A DNA stretch of 64,000 nt from Candidatus Bathyarchaeota archaeon (GTDB lineage: Archaea > Thermoproteota > Bathyarchaeia > TCS64), in contig CAVYLP010000006.1 in NCBI GenBank assembly GCA_963769425.1, positions 384,001-448,000 on the forward strand, written 5' to 3'. This document shows positions 37,244-47,080 of the stretch, piece by piece. Each line of letters starts with the position of its first letter. Position 1 is the stretch's first letter. Made by a program: the position numbers and the translations under genes. Below the pieces are notes generated by a model. The model was given only the letters and a program-made list of their open reading frames with translations, made no database searches and had not been told where the DNA came from.

Positions 37244-39091
37244 GTGATTCAATCCTTGAAGGGCTGGACCGGAAACCTCCTCAGGGTGGACCTCACGAAG
37301 GGGAAAGCCGTCAGGACTGGGTACTCTGAAGAACTCGCCGTGAAGTTCATCGGCGGACGCGGCCTCGCCGTGAAGCTACTCTGGGACGAGTTGAAGCCGG
37401 GGACCGACCCCCTCGGCCCTGACAACATCCTAATCTTCGCCGGAGGCCTCTACGCGGGGCTACCCACGGTCAACAGCGGGAAGATGGTAGTCGCGGCTAA
37501 GAGCCCCCTCACGGGCGGCTACGGCGACGGAAACCTCGGGACGATGGCCTCCCCCAATATGAGGAAGGCCGGCCTCGATGGCATAGTCCTAACCGGCAAA
37601 GCGGCGAAACCAACCTACCTCTGGATAAACGACGACGAAATAGAGTTCAAGAGCGCCTCAGACCTCTGGGGCTTGGATAGCTACGAGACTGAGAGGAAGC
37701 TGAAGAAGGAACACGGTGCCGATACGGGTGTCCTCACTATAGGGCAGAGTGGCGAGAACCTCAGTCGCTTCTCGACTGTCGTCTCTCAGGAGGGGCGAGC
37801 AGGTGGCCGCCCCGGCATGGGCGCCGTAATGGGAAGCAAGAATCTCAAGGCGGTCATTATCAAGGGCACGGGTGAGATACCCGTCGCCGATAAGGAGACC
37901 CTCCAGAAGCTGGGGAGGGAGGGCTTCCAGGACCTCCTCAAGAGGCCCAACTACAAGCACTGGAAGGCACAGGGCACGATGGCCACCGTCGAGTGGTGCC
38001 AGGCGGCCTCGACACTCCCCACCCGTAACTTCAGGGAGGGCGTCTTCGACCACAGCAAGGAGATCGATGGCAACACGATGGAAGCATCCACTGTCAAGCA
38101 GCGCGGCTGCCCCAACTGTAACATGATCTGCGGGAACGTCATCCTCGACACAAACGGTGAGGAGTCGGAGCTTGACTATGAGAACGTCGTTATGCTGGGC
38201 AGCAACATCGGCGTCGGGGACCTCAAGCAGGTGGGACGCCTCAACAGGATGTGCGACATGCTCGGCCTAGACACTATCAGCGCAGGCAGTGCCCTCGGCT
38301 TCGCGATGGAGTGCAGCGAGAAGAAGCTCGTCGAGGGCCTCGACCTCAAGTGGGGCGACTTCGAGGGCTCCCAGAGGCTCCTCGAGGACATGGCCTATAT
38401 GCGTGGACACGGCGCCCTATTCGGAATGGGCACGAAGGTTGCAGCCGAGAAGATCGGCCACGACTCCATTGACTACGCGATGCAGGTGAAGGGCCTAGAG
38501 TGCAGCGCCTACGATTGCCACCTGTGTCCGGGGATGAGCCTCAGTTTCGGCACAAGCCCCATCGGTGCTCACCACAAGGACGCCTGGGTAATCAGCTGGG
38601 AGATCAGCAGCGGCACACGCGAGGAATACGGTCCAGAAAAAGCGGACAAGGTCATCGAGTTCCAGCGCATCCGCGGCGGCATGTTCGAATGCCTCGTAGC
38701 CTGCAGGTTCCCTTGGATCGAGCTCGGCTTCGAGGTCGAGCACTACCCCAAGTACATGGAGGCGGCGACCGGCCTCAAGTGGACCCTCGATGACATGTGG
38801 GCTCTCGGTGACAGGGTCTACGCCCTGATCCGTGCCTTCTGGGTAAGGGAATTTGAGGGCAAATGGGATAGGAAGATGGATTACCCGCCGGAGCGCTGGT
38901 TCAGGGAACCCCTCACTGAGGGCCCCCTCGCGGGGAAGAAGCTGGACAGGGCGAAGTACGACGAGTTGCTCTCCGCCTACTATGAGAAGAGGAGATGGGA
39001 TGACAGAGGCATCCCTACGAGATCCATGATGGTTAGTCTTGGACTCGAGAAGGAAGCTGAGGGACTAAATAAGATAGTAAGTCTCAATTAA
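37244..39091 (+). CDS. Tungsten aldehyde:ferredoxin oxidoreductase (FOR/AOR-like)
   Basis: 'KSPLTGGYGDGNLG', 'GRPGMGAVMGSKNLKA', CPNCNMIC, 'DYEN', 'GAHHKDAW'. Confidence 0.92.
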   Translation: MIQSLKGWTGNLLRVDLTKGKAVRTGYSEELAVKFIGGRGLAVKLLWDELKPGTDPLGPDNILIFAGGLYAGLPTVNSGKMVVAAKSPLTGGYGDGNLGTMASPNMRKAGLDGIVLTGKAAKPTYLWINDDEIEFKSASDLWGLDSYETERKLKKEHGADTGVLTIGQSGENLSRFSTVVSQEGRAGGRPGMGAVMGSKNLKAVIIKGTGEIPVADKETLQKLGREGFQDLLKRPNYKHWKAQGTMATVEWCQAASTLPTRNFREGVFDHSKEIDGNTMEASTVKQRGCPNCNMICGNVILDTNGEESELDYENVVMLGSNIGVGDLKQVGRLNRMCDMLGLDTISAGSALGFAMECSEKKLVEGLDLKWGDFEGSQRLLEDMAYMRGHGALFGMGTKVAAEKIGHDSIDYAMQVKGLECSAYDCHLCPGMSLSFGTSPIGAHHKDAWVISWEISSGTREEYGPEKADKVIEFQRIRGGMFECLVACRFPWIELGFEVEHYPKYMEAATGLKWTLDDMWALGDRVYALIRAFWVREFEGKWDRKMDYPPERWFREPLTEGPLAGKKLDRAKYDELLSAYYEKRRWDDRGIPTRSMMVSLGLEKEAEGLNKIVSLN

Positions 39092-39299
39092 CCAAAACCT
39101 CCCCCCGCGAGTTTCGGATGTAAGTTTTTCTGAGTAATATTGTTTATCGTTACATTGCTTGAAAAATCACATATATTATGCTATTTATAGTAAAAAAGAC
39201 CTTTTTGTCTCATCTTTATAGTATTTATTTACTGTTTTCTAAATTAAATCTTATATAGATTAAGAGCCTGATATTTTTTGCCTAAATGGAGGCTAAAGA

Positions 39300-40091
39300 T
39301 TGGCTGTACCGTTTGTAATGGCTACTAGATTCATCGGCTTGGTTATGCTGATAGTTATAATGGGAGCAACGGTTTACTTCACACGGAGGGCACAAAGGGG
39401 GAAGATACAGGCCATCCGACGCATCCCTGGTATCGACGCCATGGATGAGGCGATTGGCCGAGCAGTCGAGATGGGGCGACCGGTCGTCGCCTCTCATGGG
39501 ATAGCTACTCTGAGAGACGCTGCAACCGGTCCCCAGACCATCGCGGGACTCAGCGTCCTTAGTTACATCGCTAAGAAAACTGCTGAAGTTGGTGCAATCC
39601 TGATAGTGCCGGTGAGACAGCCCGAAGTCTGGCCCATAGCCGCGGATATAGTGGAGACGGCCTACAAAATAGCAGGCAAGGCAGAAGATTACAAAGTCGA
39701 GAACATCCGATACCTATCAAATGACCAGTTCGCTTACGCTTCAAACTACATGGGTCTATTGATGAGGGAGAAGCCCGGCGCCAACATCATGATAGGCGCT
39801 TACTGGGCTGAGTCAATGCAGTTAGCGGAGACAGGTTCACGCGTGGGTGCTATGCAGATCTCCGGCACAGCTCAGACCTCACAGATCCCGTTCTTCCTAG
39901 TTGCAACTGACTACTGTCTGATAGGGGAGGAGGTCTTCTCCGCAGGTGCCTACCTAACGAATGATGGCCCAATGATCGGGAGCCTAGCTGGGACCGACGT
40001 GGGGCGCATCATCGCAGTAGCGCTCGGCATACTCGGAGCACTAATGATGACGGCTGGAAGTCAGGCCCTGATTCAGTTCTTCGGATGGTGA
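39300..40091 (+). CDS. DUF6754-like membrane-anchored protein
   Basis: TM helix, 'IRRIPGIDAMDEAIGRAVEMGRP', 'GAYWAES', 'QIPFF...DYCLIGEE'; recognised from memory. Confidence 0.65.
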   Translation: MAVPFVMATRFIGLVMLIVIMGATVYFTRRAQRGKIQAIRRIPGIDAMDEAIGRAVEMGRPVVASHGIATLRDAATGPQTIAGLSVLSYIAKKTAEVGAILIVPVRQPEVWPIAADIVETAYKIAGKAEDYKVENIRYLSNDQFAYASNYMGLLMREKPGANIMIGAYWAESMQLAETGSRVGAMQISGTAQTSQIPFFLVATDYCLIGEEVFSAGAYLTNDGPMIGSLAGTDVGRIIAVALGILGALMMTAGSQALIQFFGW

Positions 40092-40096
40092 TATGA

Positions 40097-40768
40097 ATGT
40101 CAAATGTCCTTAGAAGAATAGAGATCCCAATAGCGATAACAATCGTGGCAGTCCTCATCCAAGTGATACCTTACTACCTAGATGCTGGAACGACAATAAA
40201 CGCAACCCTGGGTGGGGCGGCGGACTTCATGCAGAGGTGGATGCTTATAGTAATCGCGCTTGCTACGCTCGTTGGAGTCGTTTCTGTTTTCCAGGTTCAC
40301 GGGAAGAATCTACAAAAACGAGGAAAGGACTGGTACTTCAGCATCATCGTCCTAGTTGTAATGGTCATTATGATCGTCGCTGGTCTCCCGATACAGGAGA
40401 TCACACTGGGCCCGACAAATACAGTGTATCTGTTCTTCTTCAACAACTTCTACACACCACTGAGCGGGACGATGTATGCTATCATCGCCTTCTTCATTAC
40501 ATCAGCAGCATTCAGGGCCTTCCGAGCGAGAAATCTTGAGGCAACTCTGGTACTCCTAGCTGGGATCCTGATGGTTGTATCAAATGCTCCTCTTTTTACA
40601 GCGTCGTGGGGGGGCTTCAAAACCATCGGTGATTGGATTATGAATGTACCCAACATGGCTACAATGAGGGCTGTTACGATTGGAATCGCCCTCGGCACGA
40701 TAGCTCTCGCAGTTAGGACCCTGATGGGTATTGAGAGGGGCTATCTCAGAGGAGGAACTGAAGGATAA
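40097..40768 (+). CDS. Conserved hypothetical integral membrane protein
   Basis: About 6 TM segments; 'SAAFRAFRARN', 'RAVTIG', 'GIER'. Confidence 0.8.
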   Translation: MSNVLRRIEIPIAITIVAVLIQVIPYYLDAGTTINATLGGAADFMQRWMLIVIALATLVGVVSVFQVHGKNLQKRGKDWYFSIIVLVVMVIMIVAGLPIQEITLGPTNTVYLFFFNNFYTPLSGTMYAIIAFFITSAAFRAFRARNLEATLVLLAGILMVVSNAPLFTASWGGFKTIGDWIMNVPNMATMRAVTIGIALGTIALAVRTLMGIERGYLRGGTEG

Positions 40769-41613
40769 TGTCCATCCTGAAGTTCATTACAGATCTGGAC
40801 CGAAGATGGGTCTATCTTCTCTGCTGGATATTCGTCCTATATCCTCTGATCTTCCCTCTAGGGCTACCGATACCTATAGGTAAACAGTCTACGCAATGGT
40901 TCGCAGCTGTTGACGCCGTAAAGCCGGGTAGCACCGTAGTTTTATCACCTATGTATGACCCATCGGCCATACCAGAGTTATTCCCCATGACTATCGCCAC
41001 CTTCCGACACCTACTGACGAAAGATGTGAAAATCGTCGTCGTCACTTTCTGGGCCGCAGGAGCACTGGTGTTCGACCAGGTACTTACCCAGGTCAACCCA
41101 CTGGACTATAATAAGGTGTATGGAACCGACTGGATCGACCTAGGATATATCCCTGGGACCGAAACCGCTATGGCATCGTTCTCGAGGGACCCTGCCGGGA
41201 CGGCTTCTACAGACTTCCTTAAGCATCAACCAACAGCGAGCTACCCCATAATGCAAAACATCAAAACCGCCGCTGATTTCTCCCTGATCATCAGTATCGA
41301 GACCGGAACGCCAGGCGCTGGTGAATGGCTGCGCCAAACACAGGCACCCTACGGCACACCACTCATCGTGGGCTGCGTAGGAGTGTCAGCGCCAGGCATG
41401 ATGCCCTTCGTCCAAGCAGGACAGATTAGCGCACTTCTGCCTGGTCTCACGGCTAGCGCCGAGTATGAGAAGCTCCTTGGCAAGCCTGGACTCGCCATCG
41501 CCGGAGTAGATGCGGTATCAACTTCACACCTTCTGATTGTTCTACTGATAGTGCTTGGCAACATAGCATACTTCGCATCGAGGGGCCCCAAGGGCTCCAA
41601 GGGAGGTAAATGA
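40768..41613 (+). CDS. Conserved hypothetical membrane protein (alpha/beta domain between TM anchors)
   Basis: 'DRRWVY', 'ELFPM', 'YGTDWIDLGYIPG', 'AEYE'; stop/start overlap with the previous gene. Confidence 0.8.
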   Translation: MSILKFITDLDRRWVYLLCWIFVLYPLIFPLGLPIPIGKQSTQWFAAVDAVKPGSTVVLSPMYDPSAIPELFPMTIATFRHLLTKDVKIVVVTFWAAGALVFDQVLTQVNPLDYNKVYGTDWIDLGYIPGTETAMASFSRDPAGTASTDFLKHQPTASYPIMQNIKTAADFSLIISIETGTPGAGEWLRQTQAPYGTPLIVGCVGVSAPGMMPFVQAGQISALLPGLTASAEYEKLLGKPGLAIAGVDAVSTSHLLIVLLIVLGNIAYFASRGPKGSKGGK

Positions 41614-41614
41614 C

Positions 41615-42349
41615 ATGGTTGACTTAATCGCAGTCTGGGCTGGGGTCTTCCTAACCCTCGCGATCTACAGCATCCTATACAGGGAGAGCCCCTGGTACAG
41701 GATAGCGGAATCCGTATACCTCGGCGTCGCTGTCGGCTACGGTGTCTCGCTTGACCTAGTCTACGTTCGGAACCAGTGGGAGACCGGAGGATGGTCATCC
41801 GGACCGATGCTGATTGGTTTCGCACTGGCTGCGATCCTCGGAATCCTCTGGTACCTAAGGTTTGCTAAATCATACTTCTACCTATACAGGTGGCCCCTTG
41901 CCGTCGTCGTTGGAACCGGATTAGGCCTAACGCTAAGAACCGTAGTTTTCACACAGTTCACGACGCAGATCCTAGCCCAGGCGAAGCTCAACCTTTACTT
42001 ACCCAGCGATCCACTGACTTGGTTCAACAATATACTGATGTTCATAATGGTGCCTTCTGTACTCCTCTACTTCTGGTTCACGGGAGTGGGTGTGAGGCAG
42101 GGTACTACGATGAAGATCATCGACCAGTTGGCCAGGTACATCATGATGGTGGGTTTCGGCGCATCCTTCGGCTACACCATCCTGACCAGATACGCCCTCC
42201 TAATCGGCAGGGCGCAGTACCTACTCGGCATAGTACCAAACCCGCCAGAGAACTTCACCGCATCCATCGTGATAGCAGCGGTGATCCTCATATCACTGTT
42301 CGGCTACGACTTCATGAAGAGAGGGAAAAGCACAGTAACACCTGCATAA
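41615..42349 (+). CDS. Conserved hypothetical integral membrane protein
   Basis: About 7 TM segments; 'YRESPWYRIAESVYLG', 'MVGFGASFG'; followed by a T8 run. Confidence 0.8.
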   Translation: MVDLIAVWAGVFLTLAIYSILYRESPWYRIAESVYLGVAVGYGVSLDLVYVRNQWETGGWSSGPMLIGFALAAILGILWYLRFAKSYFYLYRWPLAVVVGTGLGLTLRTVVFTQFTTQILAQAKLNLYLPSDPLTWFNNILMFIMVPSVLLYFWFTGVGVRQGTTMKIIDQLARYIMMVGFGASFGYTILTRYALLIGRAQYLLGIVPNPPENFTASIVIAAVILISLFGYDFMKRGKSTVTPA

Positions 42350-42374
42350 CCATTCCTCTTTTTTTTAAAAAGAT

Positions 42375-42791
42375 CTATTTCTTTGAGGTTATCGTGTACT
42401 TCACACCGAGTGGCTTGAGCACCTCATCGATCTTCTGAATGAGGGAGTTCAACTGGTCTACGGTTGGCTCCCTATACCATTCGAAGAAGAAGTCGTAGTC
42501 ACCCAGATGCTCACCGGACTTACTCACCAGCTTCCCGCACCTCTCTTCAGAGATGTTTTCCTTCAATGGAACAAAGTACTCCATCGCCTCAGACGATCCG
42601 GAGGTCGTCGACGTACTTGGGTCGGGTTCATTGTCAACCGAGAAGTATGTCCGGATTAGGGGGTCCATGATGCAGACCTCATTGAAGTCTATGGCCATCT
42701 TCTCGAGAGCCTTAATCGCATCATATACGGGTGGTCCGTAGATTTTTATATAACTCTTCAACACTTTCACCAAATTTATGATTGGAATCAC
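42375..42791 (-). CDS. Hypothetical protein
   Basis: 138-aa ORF filling the gap between genes; true start probably GTG/TTG near 42765. Confidence 0.65.
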   Translation of the reverse strand: MIPIINLVKVLKSYIKIYGPPVYDAIKALEKMAIDFNEVCIMDPLIRTYFSVDNEPDPSTSTTSGSSEAMEYFVPLKENISEERCGKLVSKSGEHLGDYDFFFEWYREPTVDQLNSLIQKIDEVLKPLGVKYTITSKK

Positions 42792-42867
42792 TTATTATAA
42801 ATCTAACCTAAGAGTCGCCCATTTATTACCGAATCTGTTAAACCACTTTACTGCCGTTTAGCTACCA

Positions 42868-44052
42868 GTGAACCAAATGCTAGCCATCAAGGGTGGGAAG
42901 ATTCTAACCATCACGAAGGGTATAATCGACAACGGCATCGTCCTCGTAGAGAATGGGAAGATCAAGGCCGTCGGCGTGGACGTGAAGATTCCGGCCGACG
43001 CCAAGGTGATTAATGCTAACCGGAAGGTTGTGATGCCCGGCCTCGTCGAGGCCCACTGCCACATCGGCATCACGGAGGAGACCGCCGGCTGGTCTGGGAG
43101 CGACGATAACGAAGCGATGGAGCCCATCACGCCCCAGATGAGGGCGATAGATGGCATAAAGGCGAATGCCGACGAGAAGGGGCTCGAGGCGGCGCTCATG
43201 ACGGGGATTACGACGGCACAGATTCTCCCCGGGAGCGCGAACGTGATCGGCGGAACGGGCGTCGTCGTGAAGACCGCCCCGAAGGTCGTCGTGGACGAAA
43301 TGATCGTCAAGAATCCCTCCGGTATGAAGGTGGCCTTTGGTGAGAACCCCCGGCGGGTCTACGGCGTGGAGTTGAAGAAGATACCGAGCACCCGCATGGG
43401 GGAGGCGGCCCTACTCAGGGAGTGGCTTAACCGGGCCCTACTCTACTCAGAGAAGAAGAAAGCCGCCATAGCACAGAAGGACCCCATAAAGATGCCTGAC
43501 GCCGACCCGAGGCTCGAGGCGCTGCAACCAGTCATCAACAAAGAGATTCCCCTAAGAGTGCACGCCCACAGGGCCGACGACGTCGCCACAGCGGTGAGAA
43601 TATGCGAGGAGTTCGGCCTCGAGATGAGCTGGGAGCACGCCACGGAGGGGCACAGGGTCGCCAAGTGGCTCGCCGAGAAGAAGATCTCAGCCGTCTGGGG
43701 ACCCAGCCTCGTAGCGAGGAGGAAGTGGGAGATGAGGGAGCTGAGTTTCGACACCCCGAGGATCCTCCACGAGGCCAAGGTGCACTTCGCCATCCAGACG
43801 GACGCGGTGGGGAGTACGATTGCCTTCCTCCCGATATGCGCCGGACTCGCCTGCCGTGACGGCCTGCCCTACGAGGAGGCGCTCAAGTCCATTACGATCA
43901 ACTCGGCCGAGATAATTGGCGTCGGGGACAGGGTGGGGAGCCTCGAGAAGGGCAAGGACGCGGACATACGGATACTCACCGGTGACCCCCTTGAGCTGAA
44001 GACGAAGGTGGAGAAGGTTATAATCAACGGCGAGCTCGCTTGGAGCCGTTAG
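42868..44052 (+). CDS. Amidohydrolase family protein
   Basis: 'MPGLVEAHCHIG', 'KVAFGENP', 'HAHRADD', 'GSLEKGKDAD'. Confidence 0.9.
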   Translation: MNQMLAIKGGKILTITKGIIDNGIVLVENGKIKAVGVDVKIPADAKVINANRKVVMPGLVEAHCHIGITEETAGWSGSDDNEAMEPITPQMRAIDGIKANADEKGLEAALMTGITTAQILPGSANVIGGTGVVVKTAPKVVVDEMIVKNPSGMKVAFGENPRRVYGVELKKIPSTRMGEAALLREWLNRALLYSEKKKAAIAQKDPIKMPDADPRLEALQPVINKEIPLRVHAHRADDVATAVRICEEFGLEMSWEHATEGHRVAKWLAEKKISAVWGPSLVARRKWEMRELSFDTPRILHEAKVHFAIQTDAVGSTIAFLPICAGLACRDGLPYEEALKSITINSAEIIGVGDRVGSLEKGKDADIRILTGDPLELKTKVEKVIINGELAWSR

Positions 44053-44791
44053 CCACGATACCGCGTATCTTCATCTGTTTTAAACTTGGAGCCGCGGGCG
44101 TAAGCTCCACTCTGAAGTTGGCGAGTCTCTCCAGCTGCCCGTCGAATTCCGCGATGAAGCTCGGGAGGGCGAGGACTGAGACGGTGGGGACCCGCCTGTA
44201 GATCTCCATGGGGGTCGCTGATAGAGTCAGTACCATGGGCACCAAGGTTGCCCTCGTCCAGCTCTCTATGCCTATTCGCCCGTTTAGAGTCTCTACGTAC
44301 CGCGAGAATACCTCTGTCTTATCGAGGTGTGTCTCGACTATCCCCCGGGCCGTCTGGTTGCCCATTCCCTTCCTCCAATGCTTGCATTCGGCGCAGACAA
44401 GGTAGGGGGCCCTCATAGCGAGGAGGTCTATCTCCCACCTCCTCCCCTCAGCCGTGAACCTGAACCGCCGCAGGACGCGGAACCTGTTCTCCTCGAGAAC
44501 CTTCGCGGATATCTCCTCGAACTCCTTCCACCCGAGGCTCCTGCTGACGGACTCGAAGTCGGCCCCCGCCTCCACCGCTTTCGTGGCGAGTTGTAGGCGC
44601 TGGTCGAGGCTCAGGGTGATTCGACTACCCTCGACGGTTATCATATCCAGCTCGCTGAGCTGGCCCAGGACGCCCTCCAGTGCCTCCGAGGTGATCCTCA
44701 TTGAGCCTCGGAGTTTCTCGACCTCCACCGACTCGTCATTCGTGAGGGCGAGGAGTCGAGTGAGCACGAGGCGTAGGGGAGCAGATTCCAT
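44024..44791 (-). CDS. wHTH plus PD-(D/E)xK nuclease (Mrr/NERD-like) protein
   Basis: 'WKEFEE', 'EIDLLA', 'AECKHW'; probable ATG 44791. Confidence 0.7.
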   Translation of the reverse strand: MESAPLRLVLTRLLALTNDESVEVEKLRGSMRITSEALEGVLGQLSELDMITVEGSRITLSLDQRLQLATKAVEAGADFESVSRSLGWKEFEEISAKVLEENRFRVLRRFRFTAEGRRWEIDLLAMRAPYLVCAECKHWRKGMGNQTARGIVETHLDKTEVFSRYVETLNGRIGIESWTRATLVPMVLTLSATPMEIYRRVPTVSVLALPSFIAEFDGQLERLANFRVELTPAAPSLKQMKIRGIVANGSKRARR

Positions 44792-44884
44792 CTCCTCATC
44801 TCGTGACGCGCGGGAGATGAGGGTTTCCCCGCGCCACTCGAAGGTTTCATATCCGCACCCACCGCTACTTCCCCCGGTGAATTG

Positions 44885-45667
44885 ATGGGTTTCTGGCCAA
44901 AGGGCTACAAGAGCTGCTTCTTCCTCAGCTTCGATTACGACGCTTCTAGCGCCGAGACTTGGAAGACCCCCGACGATCTCTCGTCGCTTAGCAAGGGGCG
45001 GTACGCACCGCGCGTCGCCGTCCCTAGGATACTCAACCTCCTCGACAGACTCGAGATAAAGACTACCTTTTTCACGCCTGGGTGGACCTGCGACAACCAC
45101 CCTGACTCGATCGCAGACATCGTGAGCCACGGTCACGAGATCGCCGCGCATAGCTACGCCCACGAGAAGATGACGGAGCTGACGGCTGAGAAGGAGGCAG
45201 AGGTTTGGGAGAAGAGCATAGCCGCGTTAGAACGTGTAGGCGTCAAACCGCAGGGCTACCGAGCCCCCTACTGGATGTTCGGGGAGCGCAGCATCAACCA
45301 CATGAAGAGGCTCGGGTTCAAGTACAGTAGCAACATGATGGACGAGGACATGCCGTATATGCTCGAACACAAGGGGAAGCCCACGGGGCTCGTCGAGCTT
45401 CCTGTTGAGTGGCTCCTCGACGACTGGCCCCACTTCGAGATGGACAGGATGGGACCTGAGGAGGTCTACAAGCTGTGGAAGCCGGAGTGGGAGGGGTTGC
45501 ATGGGCTCGGGCGGTGCTTCGGTCTGACCTGCCATCCCGAGTGCATTGGGAGGGTTAGCCGTATCAAGATGCTTGAGAGGCTCGTCTCAGAAGCGAAGGA
45601 GGGGGGCGACGTCTGGTTCCCGACGGGTAAGGAGCTCGCCGACTGGACGAGGAAGAAGCTCAAGTGA
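44885..45667 (+). CDS. Polysaccharide deacetylase family (PuuE/PgdA-like)
   Basis: 'LSFDYD', 'HEIAAHSYAH', 'GYRAP', 'LDDW', 'TCHP'. Confidence 0.88.
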   Translation: MGFWPKGYKSCFFLSFDYDASSAETWKTPDDLSSLSKGRYAPRVAVPRILNLLDRLEIKTTFFTPGWTCDNHPDSIADIVSHGHEIAAHSYAHEKMTELTAEKEAEVWEKSIAALERVGVKPQGYRAPYWMFGERSINHMKRLGFKYSSNMMDEDMPYMLEHKGKPTGLVELPVEWLLDDWPHFEMDRMGPEEVYKLWKPEWEGLHGLGRCFGLTCHPECIGRVSRIKMLERLVSEAKEGGDVWFPTGKELADWTRKKLK

Positions 45668-45669
45668 GG

Positions 45670-46623
45670 CTAGTTTAGGCTGAGCCAGCCCCTCATGTAA
45701 AAGAATATGCCGAGGAAAGTCATCGTCAGGATGCTTATTGTTATCTCGGCAATGGGGGGTGCTCCTGCTCTTGCCCCGGTTATGTTGACGCCGAGGAGTG
45801 TGCTGAACAGGGAGGGCACGCCGATGATCACGGTGAGGGCCGCTATGAGCCTCATGGTCTTGTTTAGGTCGTGGCTAAGCGTGTCCATGTGCAGTCCTAT
45901 GAGATCTTGCATCGTCTCATGGGTCACCTCAGTGGTTTCCACAGCCCCGGTTGCGCGCTCGTATAGCCCGTCGAACATCCTCTTCTCTAGCTCATTTATA
46001 CCGAGTTCGGTGTGGTTGTCTGTCAGCGCCTCGGTGAGTCTCTTGAGGTGGCGGAGCTGGCGGAGGAGGCTGCTCGCCTCGCGCCTTATCACGAAGGCGT
46101 CCATGTATGCGCTCCTCGGCCACGGTGGGTTCTGGTCCTCCAGCTTCTCGGCCTGGGTTTCGAAGCTGTCGACGAAGTACTCGTAGGACTCTAGTACATG
46201 GTCTAGGGTCAGGTAGATCACGCGGGCGGTGTTGGAGAGGGAGGCGTAGCGGGGGGAGTCATAGTATAGGGCGATCTTGTCGCTGAGACCCGTCCAAGAG
46301 CGGCTGATGCTCACGACGCTGTGCCCGTTTGTGAAGGCGATGACGGGGGCCATGTCGCTCGTAATGTCCGTTCCCAGTCCCTTCGTGTTGAGGTACCAGG
46401 CGAAGACCTTCGTGTACTCGGGGTAGGAGTCGACGTGCGGGTAGTTGCTGCTGAGCTTCCCTATGAGGGAGTTGCGGGGGACCTTAATGGCTGTCGCCAG
46501 CTTCTCGAGGTCCTCGACGCTGGGATCTGTCACGTCGAACCATAGCTTCTTCCTGTGATCGGCGACGAGTTCCTCCAGGCTGGATTCTGAGAGCGCCCCG
46601 TCGCGCCCGACCCTGATCCTCAT
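45670..46623 (-). CDS. CorA-family divalent cation transporter
   Basis: 'WFDVTDP', 'LNKTMRLIAALT', 'GVN' (GMN variant), two C-terminal TM helices. Confidence 0.8.
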   Translation of the reverse strand: MRIRVGRDGALSESSLEELVADHRKKLWFDVTDPSVEDLEKLATAIKVPRNSLIGKLSSNYPHVDSYPEYTKVFAWYLNTKGLGTDITSDMAPVIAFTNGHSVVSISRSWTGLSDKIALYYDSPRYASLSNTARVIYLTLDHVLESYEYFVDSFETQAEKLEDQNPPWPRSAYMDAFVIRREASSLLRQLRHLKRLTEALTDNHTELGINELEKRMFDGLYERATGAVETTEVTHETMQDLIGLHMDTLSHDLNKTMRLIAALTVIIGVPSLFSTLLGVNITGARAGAPPIAEITISILTMTFLGIFFYMRGWLSLN

Positions 46624-46686
46624 GTGGCTCAGGTTTGAGGTGCTGGATCTTAATTGATTAACTTGTCGGGGTTTGAAGGGGGTGAT

Positions 46687-46995
46687 TTATGCTATCATGT
46701 CCCTCGGGGGGCCTTTATCTTGGGGCATTGGTACGAATCCCATCTCCTCCATGTTGCCTCTGGCGATGTCTAGGACCTCACTGACGAGAGCGACGAGGGT
46801 CTTATCGTCGAGGGTCGTTATCTGGTCCCGCTTCAGCTTTGGTTCTACTAGGCACTGTGAGAGTACCTCAGCGACGACATCCTTGCTCTCCCTCTCCTCT
46901 GCGTTGGCTGAGCCTAGCTTGACAAGTTCCTCAAAGGTTAGGCCGCGCACCGTGAATCTGGCGCTCCCCAGATCGATGATCTTGTTTCTAGGCAT
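46687..46995 (-). CDS. Hypothetical protein, weak resemblance to phage tail assembly chaperones
   Basis: 102 aa; 'FTVRGLTFEE...CLVEPK...LVSEVLDI' pattern. Confidence 0.55.
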   Translation of the reverse strand: MPRNKIIDLGSARFTVRGLTFEELVKLGSANAEERESKDVVAEVLSQCLVEPKLKRDQITTLDDKTLVALVSEVLDIARGNMEEMGFVPMPQDKGPPRDMIA

Positions 46996-47080
46996 CTCGA
47001 ATAGTTTTCGATATCCAGATTTTTAACTCTAAAGGATTCTGAAGCTAGATCGCTAAAAGGGATTAATTGTAAAGAAGGGT

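Noticed and set aside
39092-39299. AT-rich tract as replication origin (also 48596-48849)
   Set aside because: No ORB-like repeats and no adjacent cdc6/orc1; better explained as promoter regions
44024-44791. Nuclease-fold gene as a defence system
   Set aside because: Solitary, with no methyltransferase, ATPase or other defence genes nearby
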